Shown here in pieces: positions 8,663-15,066 of a stretch of 15,066 nt of DNA. The position numbers and the translations under genes were made by a program. The stretch comes from Myxococcota bacterium. GTDB lineage: Bacteria > Myxococcota_A > SURF-8 > G963663525. The stretch is from NCBI GenBank assembly GCA_963676915.2, contig CAXXVK010000058.1, forward strand, positions 1-15,066, read 5' to 3'. The notes beneath the pieces were generated by a model that was not told the origin of the DNA, searched no databases, and saw only the letters and a list, made by a program, of their open reading frames with translations. Numbering within the stretch: position 1 is the stretch's first letter; every line of letters begins with the position of its first letter.

Positions 8663-9316
8663 ATGACAGAAACGGCAGAAGATCGACAACGCATGGCCCA
8701 CCATGTGGAATTGTTGAAGAAATTCCCGGCGTTGAAACGTTTTCCAGAGAATGAGCTTCGGGTGTTGGCTCAAAACATGGAGGAATCCCGCTACAAAGCC
8801 GGACGTACTATCGTTCGGCAGGGTTCCGAAGGCTCCACCTGCTTTTTCGTTTTGTTCGGTAAAGTACAGGTTTTGAAAGAACTGGAGAGTGGCGGAGATA
8901 TTCTGCTGGCAACGGTCGGTCCCGGCTCTGTGCTGGGTCAGGTTTCCTTGCTGGACGGCGAACCGCGGTCGGCCACCTGTAAAGCCCTTGAAAACACCAT
9001 CGTTCTGGAATTGAGACGCGAGCGTTACCTGGAATTGTACCAAAACCGGGAACTGGTCGCATTACGGTTTCAACACCTGTTGTCCGTCTCGGTATTCAAG
9101 CAGATCCGTGAAGCCAACGAACGGGTTCGCAAAACCATACGTCTCGTCGGTGAAGACCACGAAGCGGAAGATATTTTCGAAAGCATGAAAGGCGCGTTGC
9201 AGGCGGTCGAGGAAATGGGAATCGATCTGGACGACGTGACCTACACCATCCTGGAAGGCCAGAAAAACGACCAGATGCGTGCTCGTCACGAGCGGATGAG
9301 ACGGGAAGGCAGCTAG
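8663..9316 (+). CDS. Stand-alone cyclic nucleotide-binding domain protein
   Basis: QG.EG..CFFVLFGKVQV and GSVLGQVSLLDGEPRSATCKA, followed by a helical acidic tail with no clear HTH. GAGG RBS; 30 nt after the previous gene. Confidence 0.9.
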   Translation: MTETAEDRQRMAHHVELLKKFPALKRFPENELRVLAQNMEESRYKAGRTIVRQGSEGSTCFFVLFGKVQVLKELESGGDILLATVGPGSVLGQVSLLDGEPRSATCKALENTIVLELRRERYLELYQNRELVALRFQHLLSVSVFKQIREANERVRKTIRLVGEDHEAEDIFESMKGALQAVEEMGIDLDDVTYTILEGQKNDQMRARHERMRREGS

Positions 9317-9664
9317 CTGAAGTTTTCGAACGACGCTCACGTTTTCATGTGTTTGGAATGATAGGCACAATAAAAATCTGCTCATCCGAAGATGTGGTCC
9401 GTTGTTTTGAACCGTTGTCAGATTGTAAAGTTCTTTACGTTTTTCAGAGGAAGAGCTTGCATAGATCCTTAGATGTACAGAATTTTTAATGACTCATGGC
9501 TCTCGTTCCGCGCCCCGTATTTGTCTTTTTTTCAATCGTAGAAGCCAATCTCCATCAGGTTCATGTCATCGAGTTGGATACCCGATAGAAAGCGTTTCGT
9601 TCAGGAAAACCCCAGAACCAACGGGAAAAATCATGATTTTCCCAAGAACTTGCGAGGGCATCGG

Positions 9665-9692
9665 TTGTCATCTAGATTCTAAATCATACACT
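9665..9692 (+). promoter_or_regulatory. Possible sigma70 promoter for the ttcA operon
   Basis: TTGTCA-N16-TACACT in AT-rich intergenic DNA. An alternative TTGACT lies at 9709. Confidence 0.25.
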
Positions 9693-9780
9693 ATCTACTT
9701 GAATAGCATTGACTGAATATTAAGCGTGTGTTAAGAATCTTAAAAGGTCAACCGATATTACTGAGGGGTTTTCCGATTGA

Positions 9781-10590
9781 ATGGGGAATGGAACGAATCA
9801 TAAGGGAAAGACCGAAAACCGACTGATGCGCCGTGCCGGGAAGGCAGTAAAGCGTTTTCAGCTTATCGAAGCGGGTGACCGGGTGATGGTTGCCGTTTCC
9901 GGGGGTAAGGACAGTCTTAGTCTGCTATGGATTTTGCGAAATTTGCAGCGAAGGGCACCCGTGCATTTTGATTTGCTAGTCATTCATGTCGATCAACATA
10001 CTGGAGCTTATCCCAAAGATCGCCTGATTTCCTTTTTCGAAAACGAGGGGTTTGACTACCTTGTCGTGGACGAACCCGCCGGTGGTGCCATCGAACGTTT
10101 GACGAAGGAGGGAGCGAATCCCTGTTCGGTCTGTGCACGTTTGCGCCGGGGAATCCTCTACACACAAATGAAAAAACATGGATGCACCAAGCTGGCGTTG
10201 GGGCATCATCGCAACGATCTTGCTGCCACATTGTTGATGAATTTGCTGTTTACATCTCAAATCAAATCCATGCCGCCGAAATTGTTATCGGACGATGGTG
10301 CATGTATGGTCATTCGGCCATTGATTTATTGCGATGAATCGGATACAAGGATTTTCGCGAGAGAAATGGGGTTTCCGATCATCAAAGTGAATTGCCCGTA
10401 CGAACACCATCTGGAACATGGTGAACGTGCGGCTGCCGAACGGCTACTTGGCGAACTGGATAAAAAATATGGGGAAGCAACCGCCCACATTGCGGCGGCA
10501 TTGGGACGGGTAGTACCATCACATCTGACGGATGAACAACTTTTTGATTTTTCAGGGCTTTCTGCTCGAAAGTCTTCGGATCACGATTGA
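9781..10590 (+). CDS. ttcA: tRNA 2-thiocytidine(32) synthetase TtcA-like PP-loop ATPase
   Basis: PP-loop SGGKDS, CSVCARLRRGILY, LALGHH, IKSMPPKL.SDDG...VIRPL and VVPSHL.D..LFDF. Confidence 0.9.
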   Translation: MGNGTNHKGKTENRLMRRAGKAVKRFQLIEAGDRVMVAVSGGKDSLSLLWILRNLQRRAPVHFDLLVIHVDQHTGAYPKDRLISFFENEGFDYLVVDEPAGGAIERLTKEGANPCSVCARLRRGILYTQMKKHGCTKLALGHHRNDLAATLLMNLLFTSQIKSMPPKLLSDDGACMVIRPLIYCDESDTRIFAREMGFPIIKVNCPYEHHLEHGERAAAERLLGELDKKYGEATAHIAAALGRVVPSHLTDEQLFDFSGLSARKSSDHD

Positions 10591-10602
10591 AGGAACAACA
10601 CC

Positions 10603-13197
10603 ATGACGGATACTACGGTACGAAAAGAACCTCAAAAAGAGACCCGAACGGAGGAAAAAGTCGTTCGTAAACGAAAAAAGGTTCGGCGCAAACGAAAAAG
10701 CGAGGTGCAACCACGGATACAAATCGAGAAGGTTATCGGATATTTGTTTGCAGGATTGATGTTTTTTACACCATTTCTTGCAGGAACCTTCGATACTACC
10801 GCTCACCGTGAAACCGCATTGACGCTACTTCGGGCGTGTTGTGTCAGTATTTTCATTTTGCTCGGCATATCTTTGATTATTCGTAAAAAACCGGTCAAAA
10901 TTTCTTTGTTTTTCGGATTGCTGGTTGTGTTTTCTTCCTGGCTGCTGTTTCAGCTTCTGCCCCTTCCCGGTTTTCTTCTGAAAATGTTTTCCTGGACCGC
11001 TCACGATCTCTATCAGGCGAATCTGGCTGATCTGGGGCCGATCCTGGCTACGGCCTGGCGACCGATTTCTTTGGACGTATCGGTCAGCGGGTCATATTTC
11101 GCCAATATTTCCTGCTTCTTGGGAATATTCTTCGTTACCGCTGTTTTAATGCCACGAGAACGCCGTTTTCGTGAAATTCTCAATGTCCTATGGGTTACCG
11201 CTGGCGTACTCGGTATTTTGGGACTGGTGCATTTCGTCATGGGTGCATCCCGCATGTATGGTGTTATTCCACTTGCGGAAAACACGCCGCGTTTTTTCTC
11301 GACCTTTCATTCTCCCGAAGAACTTGCGGCTTTTATCGGAATTTCGATTCTTGTGCTGTTAAGTATGTCGGCCGAAGAGTTGAGCAAGGAAAGCCGCAAA
11401 CGTAACAAGCGGTATTTCTTGATGTTTCTGTATCTCGTCGTAGTTTTCATGTTGAATGCCAGCCATTCCGCCAACATTGCTTTGGTGCTTGCTTCGGCCT
11501 TTCTTCTCTGGAAATTTCTCAAGCGTAACAAAGAACGGTTGGGAGTGCTGGCCTGGGGGCAGTTCGCCATCATCGCCACGGCAAGCCTTCTCGTTTTCGT
11601 TGTACGTTTTTTGCTCAACATCCTCGGAAAAACCTCGATTCCGACCACTTCGTTGGGACAACAGGGAGAAATCTGGGGCGATTCTCTACGGGTTCTTGGG
11701 AATTTTCCGTTCTCGGGAATGGGATTCGGGAACTTCTCCATCGCCCACGGGATCTTCCGTTCTTCGGCGCAGACCGATATCGTGAATCATCCGGATAATT
11801 TCATTTTTCAGTTGTTTGCAGAACTCGGGATTCCGGCAGGGGTGCTGCTGCTGCTGCTCGTTCTTTGGGTGGTTATCGATATTCTTCGCAACAAGCAAAT
11901 GCGGCGAATCGAAATGGGTATGGCGTCGTCGTTGATCTTCTTGTTGGTGTTCAATCTTTGGGATTCCAATCTGAATTCGTTCGCCATTGCCTTACCATTT
12001 ACATTTATACTTGCCGTCATGGCTCGGCGAAGGGGGGAGAGATCACACGGAACGAAGTTTTTACGAAAAAAACTTGAGCTTCCCGTGGGGCTTGCAGTTG
12101 CGATGCTTGGGTTGCTGTCGTTTTTCGTACTGTTCGGTACTGCGAAAGCTTTCCTCAATAATCCGGAAAAAGCGCGGATATTCCTGGCCTTGCACGCCGC
12201 AGAAAAAACGCCCGCCCGCTCCGTGGCGGATATCGCCATTCGACAGGCTTTGCATCCACATCCTCTGGATTGGCGGTTGTACCGACTGGCAGCCCAGACC
12301 TATTCGGACCGTTCCGAAAACGAGCGGAAGCAAAAAATCGCGTTTCTCGAAAAAGCGATTCATCTGAACCCGCTTCATTCTCCGTTGCATCTCCAATTGG
12401 GTATTGTTTCCCTGAAACAGCAGGATCGAAAAAAAGCGCTTGCCGCGTTTAGGAAAGCTTGTGCTTACTCGAAAGGCAAAGGGTCGCTCCGAACCATCTG
12501 GAACGCCATGCTCGAAAATGGGCTAAACGCAGAAGCCTTGGTCGAAGTAACACCGGACCAGGCCAAAGCCCATAGAAATCTCGTGTTTTATCTGGTGGAT
12601 CTTGGATTGACGAATGGACTTGAAGCGTTGCTTCGAGAAACTTCCGAGGGAGCATTGTCCAATGACCGGGCCGTTTTGCTCGCCAAAGCACTGATTGCTG
12701 AAAAGAACGGGGATTTCAACACCCTGAAAATGCTTGCGAATCGTTTATCGGCAGAGTTCTCGGGTTATCAATACGGCTACGCCCTGAAAGCCATGGTTTT
12801 TCTTGAAGAAAACGATCTGGAAGCCGCAAAAACACAGTTGGAAAAAGGCGAAAAGAAGCGGGGAAGAAGCTCGCTGTACCTGACTGCAAAATACCGCTAC
12901 CTGTTGAAGCAAAACGACGATCAAGCGGCGGAATCCACTCTCAAGCGCATGGAAGCCATTTATTTCAGGAACGAGGTGTTCAAACCCCGAAGAGACGAAC
13001 TGGCGGCGGAAGTGGCGGAAGCTCGCGGCGATGTCGATTCTGCGGTGCAACTCTTGCGCGACGCGCTGAAAGCCGGTAGAAATCAGAAACGGCTTTTGAA
13101 CAAAATCCGGGAACTGGAAACTCGAAAAACCGAAGGAGAACCGCCATCTCCCCCGACAACACAACCCGCCGAGAAAGACGTTCCACCGGTCCCGTAA
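10603..13197 (+). CDS. O-antigen ligase (Wzy_C/WaaL-like) family membrane protein with C-terminal TPR-like region
   Basis: About 12 hydrophobic segments; IW.DSL......P.SG.GFGNF and NHPDN...QLFAELG..G signatures; helical TPR-like tail (EKAIHLNP...LG....A...FRKA). AAGGA RBS; 12 nt after ttcA. Confidence 0.8.
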   Translation: MTDTTVRKEPQKETRTEEKVVRKRKKVRRKRKSEVQPRIQIEKVIGYLFAGLMFFTPFLAGTFDTTAHRETALTLLRACCVSIFILLGISLIIRKKPVKISLFFGLLVVFSSWLLFQLLPLPGFLLKMFSWTAHDLYQANLADLGPILATAWRPISLDVSVSGSYFANISCFLGIFFVTAVLMPRERRFREILNVLWVTAGVLGILGLVHFVMGASRMYGVIPLAENTPRFFSTFHSPEELAAFIGISILVLLSMSAEELSKESRKRNKRYFLMFLYLVVVFMLNASHSANIALVLASAFLLWKFLKRNKERLGVLAWGQFAIIATASLLVFVVRFLLNILGKTSIPTTSLGQQGEIWGDSLRVLGNFPFSGMGFGNFSIAHGIFRSSAQTDIVNHPDNFIFQLFAELGIPAGVLLLLLVLWVVIDILRNKQMRRIEMGMASSLIFLLVFNLWDSNLNSFAIALPFTFILAVMARRRGERSHGTKFLRKKLELPVGLAVAMLGLLSFFVLFGTAKAFLNNPEKARIFLALHAAEKTPARSVADIAIRQALHPHPLDWRLYRLAAQTYSDRSENERKQKIAFLEKAIHLNPLHSPLHLQLGIVSLKQQDRKKALAAFRKACAYSKGKGSLRTIWNAMLENGLNAEALVEVTPDQAKAHRNLVFYLVDLGLTNGLEALLRETSEGALSNDRAVLLAKALIAEKNGDFNTLKMLANRLSAEFSGYQYGYALKAMVFLEENDLEAAKTQLEKGEKKRGRSSLYLTAKYRYLLKQNDDQAAESTLKRMEAIYFRNEVFKPRRDELAAEVAEARGDVDSAVQLLRDALKAGRNQKRLLNKIRELETRKTEGEPPSPPTTQPAEKDVPPVP

Positions 13198-15066
13198 AAC
13201 GCGGAAACCGCATTGCCGTATTCGATTCCGGGGTGGGCGGAATCGAACTGTATCGTTTGTTGCGCACGCTTTTGCCAAACGAACGCTTTTTCTATTTCGC
13301 CGATACGCGCAACAATCCGTATGGGGAAAAATCTCCCGACATCATCGCCGGATACCTGGATTCGATCTTGAAGGGGTTTTGTCTGCGCGGTGCGAAACTG
13401 ATCCTCGTGGCCTGCAATACGGCTTCGGCGGTCTGGCTCGACCTGGATTCCCACCACCCTCTGAAAACCTTCATGCGCGAGGAAGGGGTTGACGTCGTTC
13501 CGATGCTCCACCCGCAGGTGCTGGCGGAACTCGTTTCGAATCCCCCTAAACGGCTGTTGGTCGCCGCTACGTCTTTGACCGTGGCTTCCGGCCATTATCT
13601 GCGGCTGGTCAAACGATATCTGCCCGAAACCGACGTTCGGCAGGTCGCGGCACCTCAATGGGTGCGAGTCGTCGAAACCATGGGTGACGCCAACGAGCGG
13701 CAAGCAGCCGTCGATGATGTTTTAGCCCAGGTGGAAGGGTGGAAACCCGATACTTTGCTGCTAGGCTGCACGCATTTTTCCCGCCTGACGGCGGAATTGC
13801 AAAACCGTTTGGACAAGTCCTGCCGGATCGTCAACCCCGTCCACGCACTGGCGCATTTCGTGGCGGGATATCTCGATGTTCGTGGCCTTTCGGCTGCCGG
13901 TCCGAACCCTGCAACCGAGAACGTCCCAACGCTGTTCACCAACGGAGATCCCGACGCGCTTCGGAATCATCTGGCACTCTGGAAGGAATCCGAACAATTT
14001 CAGGTGCGTTTATTGGACGTGCGCGACGAGCTGGCCGGGAAACGGATCGATATCGTGGGCTTGGGAATGACGGGACAAAGTCTGTTTCGCCACGTCATGA
14101 ACCGTGGTGCATTGCGAGTCATTCTGAGAGATAAAGGGAAAACTCTCGAACAATTTCAACACCTTTCCGACCATCGCCTTGCCGATGACGACCTGCGCTT
14201 CGGTGACGCCTATTTGCAGGGATTGGAACATTCCGACCTGATTTTGCGCTCTCCGGGCGTTCCCAACGATCTTCCCGAATTCGACAAGGCTAGGGAGAAG
14301 AACATTCCGATTCTGGGCGATGTCGAGTTGTTTCTTCAGGAAGCCCGAGGCGATATCGGCCTGGTGACCGGTACCAACGGAAAAACCACAACCACCTTGT
14401 TATTGCACGAGTTTTTCAATAACGACCGGCCTGGACAAGCGATGCTGATCGGCAACGTGGGACAACCGGTGCTCGACCGGCTCGACGAAACCCGTAAGGA
14501 AAGCCGCATTGCCTTGGAGTTGTCCTCCTTCCAGATCGAAACCCTCAACCGTGCCCGAGCCGATGTTGCGATCTTGCTGAATCTCACGCCCGACCATCTC
14601 GACCGACACGGCGATTTCGCCGGGTACGCCGAAGCCAAGGGACGCTTGATCACCTTGCTGGATGCTTCCTCCTACGTGGTGTACAATCTCGAAGATCCCG
14701 AAATCGTCAACCGTATTCTTCCGATGGGCACGAAAGCCCGGACGGTTCCGTTTTCGACCCGCCGTGTCCTTCCGTATGGAGGAATGCTGGACGGATCGGA
14801 TCTCGTACTGAAACTTGAAGGAAAATCGCCGTTCGTCTTAGAAAACTACCTGAACCGAAAACGGTTTACCGGTGACCATAACCTGGAAAACATGTTGGCG
14901 GCGCTGCTGGGAGCCTGGTTGATCGGCGTACGCCCGGAGATTCTCGCGGAGGTGGCTTTAGCCTTTTCCGGAGTGGAATATCGCATCGAACCGTTTGCGT
15001 TGCGCCATGGGGTCACGTATTTCGACGACTCGAAGGGTACCAACCCGGATGCAACCATCAAAGCGC
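13146..15066 (+). CDS. murI-murD: Glutamate racemase fused in frame to UDP-N-acetylmuramoyl-L-alanine--D-glutamate ligase (runs off the window; start uncertain)
   Basis: Manual translation of the frame containing ATT at 13212 shows no stop from 13080 to 15066. MurI motifs: IAVFDSGVGG, PYGEKS, VACNTAS (Cys 13413), LLGCTHF (Cys 13767). MurD motifs: IVGLGMTG (14058), SPGVP, TGTNGKTTT (14370), GNVG, ELSSFQ, NLTPDHLDRH, GDHNLEN, DDSKGTN (15024). Confidence 0.93.
   Translation, partial: MSPDNTTRRERRSTGPVKRGNRIAVFDSGVGGIELYRLLRTLLPNERFFYFADTRNNPYGEKSPDIIAGYLDSILKGFCLRGAKLILVACNTASAVWLDLDSHHPLKTFMREEGVDVVPMLHPQVLAELVSNPPKRLLVAATSLTVASGHYLRLVKRYLPETDVRQVAAPQWVRVVETMGDANERQAAVDDVLAQVEGWKPDTLLLGCTHFSRLTAELQNRLDKSCRIVNPVHALAHFVAGYLDVRGLSAAGPNPATENVPTLFTNGDPDALRNHLALWKESEQFQVRLLDVRDELAGKRIDIVGLGMTGQSLFRHVMNRGALRVILRDKGKTLEQFQHLSDHRLADDDLRFGDAYLQGLEHSDLILRSPGVPNDLPEFDKAREKNIPILGDVELFLQEARGDIGLVTGTNGKTTTTLLLHEFFNNDRPGQAMLIGNVGQPVLDRLDETRKESRIALELSSFQIETLNRARADVAILLNLTPDHLDRHGDFAGYAEAKGRLITLLDASSYVVYNLEDPEIVNRILPMGTKARTVPFSTRRVLPYGGMLDGSDLVLKLEGKSPFVLENYLNRKRFTGDHNLENMLAALLGAWLIGVRPEILAEVALAFSGVEYRIEPFALRHGVTYFDDSKGTNPDATIKA

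Noticed and set aside
8105-9043. 312-aa minus-strand ORF
   Set aside because: It is the antisense shadow spanning the two cNMP genes.
8084-9316. cNMP genes as the HcpR regulator or as a Pycsar/CBASS defence effector
   Set aside because: No DNA-binding HTH, TIR or TM effector domain is visible, and there is no adjacent cyclase.
9317-9780. AT-rich intergenic region with a 75-aa ORF (9489..9716) or possible ncRNA
   Set aside because: No RBS, motif or convincing structure was seen; it is best explained as promoter DNA.
13083-15061. Short ORFs listed in the track over the right end of the window
   Set aside because: They are antisense or off-frame shadows of the murI-murD frame.

Overview
Bacterial chromosomal window; gene content (multi-domain DsbA lipoprotein, hcp, stand-alone cNMP proteins) suggests a deltaproteobacterial/Myxococcota-like organism, which is an inference. 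From left to right: a GTAG-type REP doublet abutting a 5'-truncated IS110 transposase remnant; four minus-strand genes (a triple-DsbA-domain lipoprotein broken by a 1-nt frameshift, truA, hcp with an upstream TTGAC-N4-GTCAA palindrome, and an acyl-CoA carboxyltransferase); two REP doublets of a second family; two stand-alone cyclic-nucleotide-binding proteins; and a probable operon of ttcA, an O-antigen-ligase/TPR-like membrane protein, and a long ORF missing from the supplied ORF track. That last ORF runs off the window end and encodes glutamate racemase (MurI) fused in frame to MurD. It has no canonical start codon ahead of its conserved N-terminus. The MurI-MurD fusion is the most notable feature.
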